Below, piece after piece: positions 1 to 9,833 of a stretch of 39,453 bases of DNA (its first letter is position 1; the number at the start of each line of letters is the position of its first letter). Location of the stretch: contig CAZNVN010000003.1 in the NCBI GenBank assembly GCA_964576635.1, positions 4,168-43,620 on the forward strand, in the 5' to 3' direction. Made by a program: the position numbers and the translations under genes. This DNA comes from an uncultured Rhodospirillaceae bacterium (GTDB lineage: Bacteria > Pseudomonadota > Alphaproteobacteria > TMED109). The notes under the pieces were generated by a model. The model ran no database searches and was not told the origin of the DNA. It worked only from the letters and a program-made list of their open reading frames with translations.

Positions 1-134
1 TTTTTATTTTTTAAAAGTTCTGCGTACAATGGTGTAATTCCTATAGGTATAGAGAAATAAGATAGAATGCCAACTTTGAGTAGGTTTTGGGATGAGTACT
101 TTAAAAAATTTCTCCTAGAAGTGCTTTTAGTCAT
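1..134 (-). CDS. 5' end of a gene for a Tat-exported protein (partial; continues past the left edge)
   Basis: A reverse-strand ATG at 134-132 opens a frame with no stop down to position 1. It reads MTKSTSRRNFLKYSSQNLLKVGILSYFSIPIG..., which is an S-R-R-x-F-L-K twin-arginine motif followed by a hydrophobic segment. It is too short to appear in the ORF track. Confidence 0.4.
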   Translation of the reverse strand, partial: MTKSTSRRNFLKYSSQNLLKVGILSYFSIPIGITPLYAELLKNK

Positions 135-310
135 CTTTATATCTCTGTCAATAACAAGATTATAATGTTATAATACAATACTACATTTTTACTTTGAAAT
201 TAAACTCTTTATGAGATTTGATATAAAATGAATATTTTACTAAATAAATCTATAATGCAATAAATAAAATCAAGTTAAAAGTAATTTGAATACAATAAGG
301 GAGAAAATTT

Positions 311-1384
311 ATGAATAAAATAGCTATACTAGTCTTGTGTTTCACAGTAGCGATTTTTTCAGGTTGTGATCAGAATAAATCCAAAGACAACGCAGGTACT
401 GATGAGGCTGATAAACAAATAAAATGGAAAATGGCAGCTACTTTTCCAGGATCTTTGGTACAAATTGGAACGCTTGGGGTGCGTTTCCAAAATCAAATAA
501 GTTTAGTTTCTGGCGGCAATATATCAATAAAGTATTTTGAACCAAATGCTTTAGTGCCTCCATTAGAAATATTTGACTCTGTTTCCTCTGGAGCATTAGA
601 CTCCGGTTGGAGTACCGCAGGGTATTGGGCAGGAAAAGTACCAGCTTTACAGTTTTTTTCAGCAGTTCCTTTTGGACCTTCATCCAGTGAATATTTATCA
701 TGGGTTTACTTTGGAGGAGGCAAAGAGCTTTATGATGAAATCTATGCCGAACATAATATAAAAGGTGTTCTTTGTGGAATAATAGCTCCAGAAGCTTCTG
801 GCTGGTTTAGAGAAGAAGTAAAAAGCTTAGAAGATCTTAAGGGTCTAAAAATGAGATTCTTTGGTTTAGGAGCTAAAGTGATGGAAAAGGTTGGAGTTTC
901 TACTCAACTGATGGCAGGAGGCGATATATATCCTGCTCTGGAACTCGGCACTATCGACTCAGCAGAATTTTCTATGCCTGCTATCGATCTCGAGTTGGGT
1001 TTTTATCAAATAGCATCGCATTACTATTTTCCAGGTTGGCATCAGCAATCAACTTTTCTTGAATTTATGGTTAACTTAGATAAGTGGAACGCTCTATCCA
1101 AGACACAACAAGCTCAAATTGAAACCGTTTGTGGCGATTCAATGAGACAATCTATTGCAGAAGGGGAGGCCATTCAAATTCCTGCCCTGAATACATTAAA
1201 GTCTAAAGGGGTCCAAGTACACACCTGGCCTGATGAGTTTTTAGATACATTTAAGGCTGCTTGGGAAGAAGTTGCCAGTGAAATGTCTGCAGAAGACGAG
1301 GATTTTGCAAAAGTATGGAAGTCTCTCAGCGATTTTCGTGAAACTTATAAAGAATGGAAAAACTTAGGATATTTAAAGGATTAA
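311..1384 (+). CDS. TRAP transporter solute-binding protein (DctP family, COG4663-like), lipoprotein
   Basis: The 357-aa ORF has a strong RBS (AAGGGAGA) upstream of the ATG and a lipobox (LVLCFTVAIFSGC). It shows DctP-type motifs throughout: WKMAATFPG, FDSVSSGALD, YWAGKVPALQFF, PFGPS, DLKGLKMRF, GTIDSAEF. Confidence 0.85.
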   Translation: MNKIAILVLCFTVAIFSGCDQNKSKDNAGTDEADKQIKWKMAATFPGSLVQIGTLGVRFQNQISLVSGGNISIKYFEPNALVPPLEIFDSVSSGALDSGWSTAGYWAGKVPALQFFSAVPFGPSSSEYLSWVYFGGGKELYDEIYAEHNIKGVLCGIIAPEASGWFREEVKSLEDLKGLKMRFFGLGAKVMEKVGVSTQLMAGGDIYPALELGTIDSAEFSMPAIDLELGFYQIASHYYFPGWHQQSTFLEFMVNLDKWNALSKTQQAQIETVCGDSMRQSIAEGEAIQIPALNTLKSKGVQVHTWPDEFLDTFKAAWEEVASEMSAEDEDFAKVWKSLSDFRETYKEWKNLGYLKD

Positions 1385-1399
1385 ACTAAAAATATATAT

Positions 1400-1426
1400 T
1401 GTAGGGCCTATCATATTGGCCCTACA
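1400..1426. terminator. Bidirectional intrinsic terminator hairpin between convergent genes
   Basis: There is a perfect 9-bp stem, TGTAGGGCC (1400-1408) / GGCCCTACA (1418-1426), with a 9-nt loop and A/T runs on both sides. It overlaps the stop codon of the PfkB gene. Confidence 0.6.
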
Positions 1427-2426
1427 TATTATTATGAAAATCAAATCTTTGAATAAACTTTTCTAAGCTAATCTCCGGTCTAGCTCCATTATGTGATATT
1501 ATCTCTGCAGAACAAGCTGAGCCGAGGACTCCTGCATTTTTTAAGCTAAAATTTTTACTAAGGCCTGCCAAAAAACCTGCTGCAAAGAAATCTCCTGCCC
1601 CTGTAGTGTCTACTACTGAAGTTGGAAATGCTGAAATTTCATAAACATCATTTTTATCCACAATTATCGCTCCCTTATCTCCCAAAGTGATAACTGCTAT
1701 ATCCACCTCTCTTCTGAGCACACTGGTGCACTCTTGCACAGAGTCGAGTTCATATAAGGATAAAATTTCCACTTCATTGCAAAGTAAAATATTAACATCG
1801 TCAAGTATAAACTTTTTCATCTCTTCTCTTTGTCTATCTACACAAAAAGCATCAGATAAGGAGAAAGCAACTATAGACTCTAATAAATGTGCAGATTTAG
1901 CTGCTTGTTTAAAAGCTTTTTGCGCTTCAGGAAGATCAAACAAGTATCCCTCCAAGTAAACAATTTTAGAATCTTTAATTATCTTTTCATCTATATCTTC
2001 TGTAGATAAATATTTTGAAGATCCTAGAAAAGTTACCATTGTTCTTTCAGCGTCGGGAGTAACTAAAATTAGGCATCTGCCAGAAGGTTCTTTCTTTAGC
2101 ATAGGTTCTGTTTTAAAATAAATATTTGAGGTTTCCAGATCTGAACCGAAAAAATCTCCAATATCATCATCTGATCTTTTCCCTATAAAGGCTCCCTTAC
2201 ATCCTAATTGAGATAAACCAAAAATAGTATTTGCCGCCGACCCCCCTGCAGTCTGCATAATAGGATTAATAGATTTAAGGATCTCTTCAGTTTTTTTATG
2301 ATCTGCCAAAAACATTGAACCTTTCTTAAGCCCATGTAACTTTATAAAGCTCTCCTGTACACTCAAAATTACATCGACTATTGCGTTACCTATTCCTACT
2401 ACATCAATATTTTTATTTATATTCAT
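1422..2426 (-). CDS. PfkB-family carbohydrate/nucleoside kinase (adenosine-kinase-like)
   Basis: The 334-aa ORF has an N-terminal VVGIGNAIVDV motif and the C-terminal PfkB signature DTTGAGDFFAAGFLAGL. Confidence 0.8.
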   Translation of the reverse strand: MNINKNIDVVGIGNAIVDVILSVQESFIKLHGLKKGSMFLADHKKTEEILKSINPIMQTAGGSAANTIFGLSQLGCKGAFIGKRSDDDIGDFFGSDLETSNIYFKTEPMLKKEPSGRCLILVTPDAERTMVTFLGSSKYLSTEDIDEKIIKDSKIVYLEGYLFDLPEAQKAFKQAAKSAHLLESIVAFSLSDAFCVDRQREEMKKFILDDVNILLCNEVEILSLYELDSVQECTSVLRREVDIAVITLGDKGAIIVDKNDVYEISAFPTSVVDTTGAGDFFAAGFLAGLSKNFSLKNAGVLGSACSAEIISHNGARPEISLEKFIQRFDFHNNM

Positions 2427-2513
2427 ATTTTATCCTTTACATATTTATATATACTAAAGTTGTTTTATAAATATATTTTTTTAATAAAAGACTTAAGAGG
2501 ATTGAAACAAACA

Positions 2514-3932
2514 ATGAAGATAGAAAATTTATGGAAAAAAAGTGCTAAAGTTGTCGTTACTTTATTAAAAAACAATGAAATATCGCCCAAAGAAGCCATA
2601 GATTCTATAATTCATAGGATAAATGAAACACATGATGATATTAACGCTGTTGTTACTACATGTGAAGACAGAGCACTTGGAAGAATTGATTCTATAAATG
2701 CTCATATGAAAAATCATCCCGGTTTTCTATTTGGATTACCCGTAGTTATTAAAGACTTAACTAATGTTTGCGATGTAAAAACTACTCAAGGATCCCCAAT
2801 TTTTAAAGATTATATCCCGAATAGATCTGATTATCTCGTGGAAAAAATTGAACTGATGGGTGGAATAGTAATTGGGAAAACGAATACTCCAGAATTTGGA
2901 GCAGGCTCCCAAACTTTTAATACAGTATTTGGCGTTACTGCCAATCCCTGGAATATAAATTTCACAGCTGGTGGATCTTCAGGAGGAACTGCTGCCGCTC
3001 TAGCTGCTGGTGCAGCATGGTTGGGAACTGGTACAGATTTAGGAGGATCTTTAAGAAATCCTGCTAGTTTTTGTGGTGTGGTAGGTCTTAGACCTACGGC
3101 AGGTATAGTTCCTCATGGTCCTTCCAATTTGCCATTTAGTACACTTTCTGTTAATGGCCCTATGGCCAGGACAGTTGAGGATCTCTCATTATTTTTAGAT
3201 ACTATCTCCGGCTACGACTCTCGTGATCCTTTATCGACAGATTCTCCTCAATACTCTTATCAGAGCTCTGTGAATGCAAGCTTTGGCAAGCTAAAAATTG
3301 CATTTACTGAAGACTATAATTTTCTTCCTTGTGATCCCGAAGTAAGAAATACAATTAAAATTGCTAAAAGTATATTTAAAAAGCTAGGCCACCAAGTAGA
3401 AGATGCAAGCCCAGATTTTTCTGGCGCCGAAAGTACATTTCAAACTCTTCGTGCTCATTTATTAGCAACGGATAAAAGAGAAATTTACGAAAAACATAAA
3501 AATTTACTTAAAGAAGATTTAAGGTTGAATATTGAAAAGGGTTTAACGCTAACTGAAAAAGAAATTTCCATAGCTCAGTTAGATCGTGGAAGATTAGTAA
3601 AAAATACAAATCAATTTTTAGAAGAATATGACCTATTAGTCTCTCCCTCTGCCATGGTTCCCCCGTTTAGCATAAAAGAACACTGGCCTAAAAATGTGGA
3701 GGGAGTAACCTTTCAAAATTATGTAAGTTGGTTGATGACCGCAGCTACTATTTCTCTCACAGGTTGTCCTTCTTTAGCTGTGCCCTGTAATTTAAGTAAA
3801 AACAAACTACCCATTGGCATTCAAATCATGGGAAAAGCAAGAAACGAGCACCTGCTTATTTCCATTGGTCATCAATTCCAATCAATAATAGATAATAATT
3901 TATCTACTCCTATCAATCCTATTAAGCGATAA
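2514..3932 (+). CDS. Amidase-signature (AS) family amidase
   Basis: The ORF contains the GGSSGGTAAALAAG amidase signature, the upstream VVIKDL lysine motif and GTDLGGSLRNPASFCG. The ORF track starts at TTG 2460. I prefer ATG 2514, which is preceded by AAGAGGA; the start is uncertain. Confidence 0.85.
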   Translation: MKIENLWKKSAKVVVTLLKNNEISPKEAIDSIIHRINETHDDINAVVTTCEDRALGRIDSINAHMKNHPGFLFGLPVVIKDLTNVCDVKTTQGSPIFKDYIPNRSDYLVEKIELMGGIVIGKTNTPEFGAGSQTFNTVFGVTANPWNINFTAGGSSGGTAAALAAGAAWLGTGTDLGGSLRNPASFCGVVGLRPTAGIVPHGPSNLPFSTLSVNGPMARTVEDLSLFLDTISGYDSRDPLSTDSPQYSYQSSVNASFGKLKIAFTEDYNFLPCDPEVRNTIKIAKSIFKKLGHQVEDASPDFSGAESTFQTLRAHLLATDKREIYEKHKNLLKEDLRLNIEKGLTLTEKEISIAQLDRGRLVKNTNQFLEEYDLLVSPSAMVPPFSIKEHWPKNVEGVTFQNYVSWLMTAATISLTGCPSLAVPCNLSKNKLPIGIQIMGKARNEHLLISIGHQFQSIIDNNLSTPINPIKR

Positions 3933-3934
3933 AC

Positions 3935-4678
3935 ATGAGTAAACCTATAATAGCGGACACAAAAAATTTTATTATAAATATTGCATTTTTGTCTTTTAAA
4001 AATTTATTTGAACCCAAAATATTCAAATGGATCCTCGCCACTGTATTGCTAACTTTATTTTGCCTCTCTATATGTGTGTGTATTATATCATGGTTTTTAA
4101 TAAACTTTTTATCTCCTTTCACATCAAATATACCTATTATTGGTAACTATATATCCGAATACATTTTTTTTGGCATTATCATTACTGGTTTTTTGGGATC
4201 TATAATATTATTTGCCCCGTTAGCTACTATTGTATTTTCCTTATTTCAAGAAAAAATTATTAAAGAAATAGAAATTAAATATTACCCTAAAATTAGTCAG
4301 GAATTGGACCCTAAAATATTGACAATGTTATATGCTGGAATAAGAATTCTAGGATGGTCAATCTTAATAAATATTATTTTATTTCCTATCTCTATTATTT
4401 GGGGAGGCTCGGTCCTATGGTTTCCAGTATACATTCTGATAGTTAGCTTCTTAATTTCTAAAGAATATTCTGAAGCCATTAATCTTAGACGACATAACTT
4501 TTCAAAGTCTAAGGAAATAAAGAATCAATTCTTCTGGAAGTATTGGATTAGTGGAATTATAGGAGCCATACTTTTTTTTATACCATTAATTAATCTTTTG
4601 GCTGCGCCTTATATTAGCATACTTATGCTTCATATTCTTAACAAAAGTAATACAGAGGGTCCTCTAGCGGACAACTAG
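3935..4678 (+). CDS. Polytopic membrane protein, EI24/CysZ-like
   Basis: The 247-aa ORF has several hydrophobic helices, and its ATG lies 2 nt after the amidase stop. Length and topology resemble EI24/CysZ-family proteins. The family call is from recollection, not from a search. Confidence 0.5.
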   Translation: MSKPIIADTKNFIINIAFLSFKNLFEPKIFKWILATVLLTLFCLSICVCIISWFLINFLSPFTSNIPIIGNYISEYIFFGIIITGFLGSIILFAPLATIVFSLFQEKIIKEIEIKYYPKISQELDPKILTMLYAGIRILGWSILINIILFPISIIWGGSVLWFPVYILIVSFLISKEYSEAINLRRHNFSKSKEIKNQFFWKYWISGIIGAILFFIPLINLLAAPYISILMLHILNKSNTEGPLADN

Positions 4679-4686
4679 TTTTATAG

Positions 4687-5321
4687 TCAAACTTTAGAAG
4701 TACATAAATCTTAATTCAAACATTTGCTACACAACGGGTATCGCGCCTAACAAATGTATCTTCAATGTAATATTAACCAATGAGTTGCTTAAACTAAAAT
4801 TTTTTTGGCACCCTTTCATTTAGAATAGTTTCCACTTCTCTAACATTCTTTCCCGGAGCAATTCTTGTCCGATTAGATACTCTAAAAACATGAGTATCCA
4901 CTGCGATAGTAGGGAAACCATAAGCAATATTTAAAACAACATTCGCTGTTTTTCGGCCTACTCCTGGTAGTTGCTCTAGTAATTCTAAGTTTTTAGGGAC
5001 TTTACTTTCATATTTATCTATTAAGACTTTAGACAAACCTAAAATATTTTTTGCTTTGTTTCTATATAAGCCAATTGTGCGAATCAATTCTATTATTCTA
5101 TCTTCACCTAACGATACCATTTGAGATGGAGTATTAGCCTCCCTAAAAAGTTTTGCAGTGACCACGTTTACTCCTTTATCCGTAGATTGAGCACTGCATA
5201 CTACTGCTACCAAAAGTGTATAAGGAGAGGTAAATTTTAACTCTCCCTTTGGTTTAGGATTGTTTTTCCTAAACCTTTCAAATACTTCGATCATATCGGC
5301 TTCGGATAAAAAATTCTGCAT
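4687..5321 (-). pseudogene. nth: Endonuclease III (nth), disrupted: intact HhH-GPD N-terminal 175 codons, decayed [4Fe-4S] cluster tail
   Basis: ORF 4794-5321 matches Nth (SAQSTD, LPGVGRKTANVVL, IAVDTHVFRV) but stops after VPKKF. The remaining 35-40 codons are readable one frame over as LV*ATHWLILH*RYIC*ARYPLCSKCLN*DLCTSKV*. Their C-x6-C-x2-C-x5-C spacing is intact, with four nonsense codons at 4789-4791, 4762-4764, 4747-4749 and 4711-4713. The frame change lies in the A7T4 run at 4796-4806. Confidence 0.75.
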
Positions 5322-5377
5322 TTAATTTTTATTTTAATTTATTTGCAATCTTAACACATACTTTTTATTTTACTCTA

Positions 5378-5842
5378 ATGATAAAGTATTTAGATATAAA
5401 AATTTATCCCAGTCAATCTCTTGGTAAAACAGGATTTAGAGTGCTGATGTTAGTATTTATGCTTCCTGCATTTTTGATTGGAATGTATTTTTACTTTCGT
5501 GGTGCTTGGCCTGTAGCTGGTTTTTTAGGCCTAGAAACATTGCTCATTTATCTTGCTTTTAAAATATCTTTCATTAGCAGCAGAGTATCTGAGCACATAA
5601 CTCTTGATGAACAGATATTAAAAATCTGCTATCACAAACAAAATAAAGTTGTAAGCACAATAAATCTTGAACCCACTTGGTTACAAGTTCAAATAAATAA
5701 TAATCCTAGACCAGATAGATTGGCCTTAACCTCTCATGGAAAAGAAAATATTATTGGCAAATATTTATCAACGGAAGAGCGCGCAATAGTAGCAGAAAAG
5801 ATTAAGAACAGTTTACAAAATTGGAAAAATCGTTATTTATAA
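5378..5842 (+). CDS. DUF2244-family integral membrane protein
   Basis: The 154-aa ORF has two N-terminal TM helices (GFRVLMLVFMLPAFLIG..GAWPVAGFLGLETLLIYLAF) followed by a soluble tail with TWLQV. This layout is typical of alphaproteobacterial DUF2244 proteins. Confidence 0.65.
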   Translation: MIKYLDIKIYPSQSLGKTGFRVLMLVFMLPAFLIGMYFYFRGAWPVAGFLGLETLLIYLAFKISFISSRVSEHITLDEQILKICYHKQNKVVSTINLEPTWLQVQINNNPRPDRLALTSHGKENIIGKYLSTEERAIVAEKIKNSLQNWKNRYL

Positions 5843-5843
5843 T

Positions 5844-6653
5844 TTATTTAAGCCCTAAAATATCTTGCATATCGTATAATCCTGGAGGTTTGGAAATCAG
5901 CCACTTAAGTCCTCTAATAGCCCCTTTTGCAAATATTACCCTGCTTGTTGCTTTATGACTTAATTCTAATCTTTCCCCAGAACCTGCAAAAGTAACTGTA
6001 TGATCTCCAACCACATCTCCTCCTCTTTGCACTGAAAAACCTATTTGGCCTTTCTTTCTTTCACCGACTTCTCCTACCCTCGAGAAAAGAGATTTTTGAG
6101 CTAAGTCTACTTTTCTTCCTTCCGCCACAGCTTCCCCTAACGATATTGCAGTTCCAGATGGAGAGTCTATCTTTTCTTTATGATGTATTTCATGAATTTC
6201 TGCATCAAATTCCTCATCCAGCATTCCTGCTATACGCCTTGTTAAGTATAATGCAATGTTTACTCCAACACTCATATTAGAGGACATTATTATTGCCATA
6301 TTCTCAGAATGTTTTTTGATAATATTTAAGGTATCAGCATCTAACCCTGTAGTTCCTAAAACATAACAACAACTATATTCACTAGCTTTTTTTATATTTG
6401 ATATGGTCGTATTGGCTAATGAAAAATCTATTACAGCATCTACAGTTGAGAAAAAGTTATTTTGGTCATTTGAAATAATTACTCCAGATTCTTCAATACC
6501 CGCTATAATTCCAGAATCCTTCCCAATATCAATATGCTTAGAATCTTCTAAAGCGGCAGTTAATTGTAGCGTTTCATCTAGAGCCACTTCCTTAACCAAA
6601 GTTCTGCCCATTCTTCCTGCTGCTCCACAAATACCAACTTTTATATCTGACAC
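5844..6653 (-). CDS. dapB: 4-hydroxy-tetrahydrodipicolinate reductase
   Basis: The ORF has the KVGICGAAGRMGR Rossmann motif and EIHHKEKIDSPSGTA. It starts at GTG and lies 2 nt downstream of dnaJ. Confidence 0.9.
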   Translation of the reverse strand: MSDIKVGICGAAGRMGRTLVKEVALDETLQLTAALEDSKHIDIGKDSGIIAGIEESGVIISNDQNNFFSTVDAVIDFSLANTTISNIKKASEYSCCYVLGTTGLDADTLNIIKKHSENMAIIMSSNMSVGVNIALYLTRRIAGMLDEEFDAEIHEIHHKEKIDSPSGTAISLGEAVAEGRKVDLAQKSLFSRVGEVGERKKGQIGFSVQRGGDVVGDHTVTFAGSGERLELSHKATSRVIFAKGAIRGLKWLISKPPGLYDMQDILGLK

Positions 6654-6655
6654 AA

Positions 6656-7759
6656 CTATGAACCTTTCAATTGATCAACATTAGCATTAAATTTAGTGCT
6701 TTCTGGCTGATTATCTGGAGTTTCTATTCCCCTAAGTTCTTCTAATATCTTTCTTTGTTCTCGAGTTAAAGATACAGGTATCTCTGTATAAACATCAACA
6801 TATAAATCACCTTTACTGGATTTGTTAACAATTGGCATTCCCTTACCCCTCAATCTAAATCTATGTCCTGATTGTGTCCCAGCGGGTACAGTTACTCTTA
6901 CCCTTCCTCCATCAGGAGTAGGCACATCTACTGCCCCCCCTAAGGCTGCCAAAGTTATTGGGATCCTAGCCTCTACTAATAAATCAGACCCATCTCTTTT
7001 AAACAAACTATGTGGATTAAGCTGAACAAATAAATATAAATCACCATTAGGAGCTCCTCTAGGACCTGCTTCTCCCTCTCCTGAAAGTCTTATCCTGGTG
7101 CCATCATCTACTCCAGCAGGAATTTTAACACTTATAGTTTTTTCTCTATGGGTTCTTCCTTCTCCTCCGCATGAATCGCATGGATTGCTTATAATATGGC
7201 CACTGCCTCCACATTCTGGGCAAGTTCTCTCCACCATAAAAAAACCTTGGCTTGCTCGCACTTTACCCGCGCCATTACAAGAGCTACAAGTAGAAGGTGG
7301 GGAGCCCGACTCTGCCCCAGTACCAGTACAACCAGAACAAGTAACATAAGAATTAATTCTTATATCCCTTTCTATGCCTGCAAAGGCTTCTGTAAAATTA
7401 AGAGCTATATTATAACGTAAATCAGAACCCCTTTGGGGCTCTCTATTTCTTCCTCCTCCCATAAAATCACTGAATAAATCTTCAAATATATCAGAAAATG
7501 CCCCTGCCCCTGGATGCCCTTGTGCCCCAGAAGCAGCAGCTTCAAAAGCTTCATGCCCATATTGATCATAAGCAGCTCTTTTTTGGGGGTCTTTTAATAC
7601 TTCGTAAGCTTGACCTATCTCTCTAAATTTTTGTTCCGCTTCCTGGTTTCCAGGGTTTTTATCTGGGTGGTGCTCTTTTGCTAACTTGCGATATATTTTT
7701 TTAATATCAGCGGCGGATGCGTTTTTATCCACACCTAAAACTTCGTAGAAATCACGCAT
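6656..7759 (-). CDS. dnaJ: Molecular chaperone DnaJ
   Basis: The ORF has a J-domain (DFYEVLGV...HHPDKN), a G/F region and four CxxCxGxG zinc-finger repeats ([32 protein letters not shown]). Confidence 0.95.
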   Translation of the reverse strand: MRDFYEVLGVDKNASAADIKKIYRKLAKEHHPDKNPGNQEAEQKFREIGQAYEVLKDPQKRAAYDQYGHEAFEAAASGAQGHPGAGAFSDIFEDLFSDFMGGGRNREPQRGSDLRYNIALNFTEAFAGIERDIRINSYVTCSGCTGTGAESGSPPSTCSSCNGAGKVRASQGFFMVERTCPECGGSGHIISNPCDSCGGEGRTHREKTISVKIPAGVDDGTRIRLSGEGEAGPRGAPNGDLYLFVQLNPHSLFKRDGSDLLVEARIPITLAALGGAVDVPTPDGGRVRVTVPAGTQSGHRFRLRGKGMPIVNKSSKGDLYVDVYTEIPVSLTREQRKILEELRGIETPDNQPESTKFNANVDQLKGS

Positions 7760-7774
7760 CTTATATTCCTTAAG

Positions 7775-9742
7775 CTACAAATTTAATAAATTTAAAAAAT
7801 ATTTTTTAGCAGATTTTTTATCTTCCTCAGATTTTGGCTTTACTTCTTCAAAATCTGCATCTACCACATCTTCTTCTTTTTTCTCTTTTCCATTAGACTT
7901 ACCAGACGAGTCTTTGTTTTCATTCTTTTGTTGGCTTTCTTTATACATAATCTCTCCGAGCTTCATTGCCACAGCATTAAGTGCGTCTACTTTCGCTTTA
8001 ATATCCTCAGCTTTTGCATCTTTCTTGTCTAATACGTCTTTAAGTTCTTTTAAAGCACTATCAATTTTATCCTTGTCTGCTTTTTCCAATTTATTTCCAT
8101 ATTCTTTCACACTTTTTTCTGTGGTATAGAGAAGTGAGTCTGCCTGATTCCTGGCATCAACGGACTCTTTTCTTTTTTTATCTTCTTCTGCGTGTGTCTC
8201 AGCATCTTTAACCATAGAATCAATATCTTGATCAGAAAGACCACCGGAAGCTTGTATCTGTATTTTTTGTTCTTTATTAGTAGCTTTGTCTTTTGCCGAA
8301 ACATTGACTATACCATTTGCATCTATATCAAAAGTTACATCAATTTGTGGCATACCTCTTGGTGATGGTGGAATTCCCACCAAGTCAAAATTTCCAAGCA
8401 ACTTGTTGTCTGCTGCCATTTCTCTTTCACCTTGTAAAACTCTAATCGTAACCGCTGTTTGATTGTCTTCTGCTGTAGAAAAAGTTTGACTTTTTCGGGT
8501 AGGGATTGTCGTATTACGTTCTATTAACCTAGTAGATACTCCACCTAAGGTTTCTATACCTAGGGACAAAGGAGTGACGTCTAATAAAAGCACATCTTTC
8601 ACATCTCCAGCCAGAACTGCTCCCTGAATAGCTGCTCCTAAGGCAACACACTCGTCAGGATTTACTCCTTTATTAGGGTCTTTTTCAAAGAAATTTTTAA
8701 CATTTTCAATTATCTTCGGCATACGAGTCATGCCTCCAACCAAGACTACCTCATCTATATCTTTGGGAGAAACGCCTGCATCTTTTAATGCTTTTTTACA
8801 AGGTTCTACTGTTCTTTTTACTAGATCGTCAACCAAACTTTCATACTTAGCCCTGGTTAACTTTAAAGTCAGATGCTTAGGACCTGAGGCATCTGCAGTT
8901 ATAAAAGGTAAATTCACTTCTGTTTGAGCTGTAGAGGAAAGTTCTATTTTAGCTTTTTCAGCAGCCTCTTTTAAGCGCTGCAATGCTAGTTTATCTGTTT
9001 TTAAATCTACTGTGATTTCTTTTTTAAACTCTTCAGCTAAAAAATCTACTATCCTCGCGTCAAAGTCCTCTCCTCCTAAAAAAGTATCCCCATTTGTTGA
9101 CTTTACTTCAAATACTCCATCTCCAATTTCTAAAACGGAAACATCAAATGTTCCTCCTCCGAGATCATAAACGACTATCGTTCCCGTTTCTCTTTTGTCT
9201 AAACCATAGGATAAACTGGCCGCAGTAGGCTCGTTTATAATTCTTAAAACATCCAGACCTGCAATTTTTCCAGCATCTTTGGTGGCTTGCCTCTGTGCAT
9301 CATTAAAATATGCTGGAACAGTAATTACGGCTTGTGTTACATTTTGACCCAGGTGTGCTTCTGCGGTCTCTTTCATTTTTTGTAATATGTAGGCACTTAT
9401 CTGACTAGGTGCATAATCTTTCCCACCAGCATTAACCCATGCATCGCCTTTATCCGACTTTATAATTTTATATGGAACCAATTCTTTATCTTTAGTTGTT
9501 TGTTCATCAGTATAACTTCGACCTATAAGACGCTTTATAGCAAACAACGTGTTTTCTGGATTCGTAACCGCTTGCCTTTTTGCAGCTTGACCTACCAGAG
9601 TTTCATTGTTTTCTGTAAATGCTACTACAGAAGGTGTTGTTCTTCCTCCCTCTGAGTTTTCTATTACTTTTGGGTTTGACCCTTCCATTACAGCCACACA
9701 GCTGTTAGTGGTTCCTAGATCTATTCCTATTACTTTAGCCAT
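7775..9742 (-). CDS. dnaK: Molecular chaperone DnaK (Hsp70)
   Basis: The 655-aa ORF contains [27 protein letters not shown] and a C-terminal DADFEEV. Confidence 0.97.
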   Translation of the reverse strand: MAKVIGIDLGTTNSCVAVMEGSNPKVIENSEGGRTTPSVVAFTENNETLVGQAAKRQAVTNPENTLFAIKRLIGRSYTDEQTTKDKELVPYKIIKSDKGDAWVNAGGKDYAPSQISAYILQKMKETAEAHLGQNVTQAVITVPAYFNDAQRQATKDAGKIAGLDVLRIINEPTAASLSYGLDKRETGTIVVYDLGGGTFDVSVLEIGDGVFEVKSTNGDTFLGGEDFDARIVDFLAEEFKKEITVDLKTDKLALQRLKEAAEKAKIELSSTAQTEVNLPFITADASGPKHLTLKLTRAKYESLVDDLVKRTVEPCKKALKDAGVSPKDIDEVVLVGGMTRMPKIIENVKNFFEKDPNKGVNPDECVALGAAIQGAVLAGDVKDVLLLDVTPLSLGIETLGGVSTRLIERNTTIPTRKSQTFSTAEDNQTAVTIRVLQGEREMAADNKLLGNFDLVGIPPSPRGMPQIDVTFDIDANGIVNVSAKDKATNKEQKIQIQASGGLSDQDIDSMVKDAETHAEEDKKRKESVDARNQADSLLYTTEKSVKEYGNKLEKADKDKIDSALKELKDVLDKKDAKAEDIKAKVDALNAVAMKLGEIMYKESQQKNENKDSSGKSNGKEKKEEDVVDADFEEVKPKSEEDKKSAKKYFLNLLNL

Positions 9743-9792
9743 TTTTATCTTTCTTCCTATTTAAAAATCGTTTTCATTAAGTCTTGATTCTG

Positions 9793-9820
9793 ATATGGGA
9801 ATTATTTTAAAAAACACAAG
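9793..9820 (-). promoter_or_regulatory. Sigma32 (RpoH)-type heat-shock promoter for dnaKJ
   Basis: The minus strand reads CTTG-N17-CCCATAT (CTTG is the complement of 9817-9820; CCCATAT is the complement of 9793-9799). It lies about 50 nt upstream of the dnaK ATG and matches the alphaproteobacterial CTTG-N17-CYTATNT pattern. Confidence 0.55.
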
Positions 9821-9833
9821 TGTTATATGAAAA

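Noticed and set aside
6822-7420. A locally G+C-rich stretch within dnaJ that might suggest foreign DNA.
   Set aside because: The composition is explained by the Gly/Cys/Pro-rich G/F and zinc-finger regions of DnaJ, and the gene is in its canonical dnaK-dnaJ context.
7725-7733. A perfect consensus DnaA box, TTATCCACA.
   Set aside because: It lies inside dnaJ, where its complement encodes the conserved J-domain residues G-V-D-K. It is a single isolated copy with no neighbouring boxes or AT-rich unwinding tract, so it is best explained by coding constraint.
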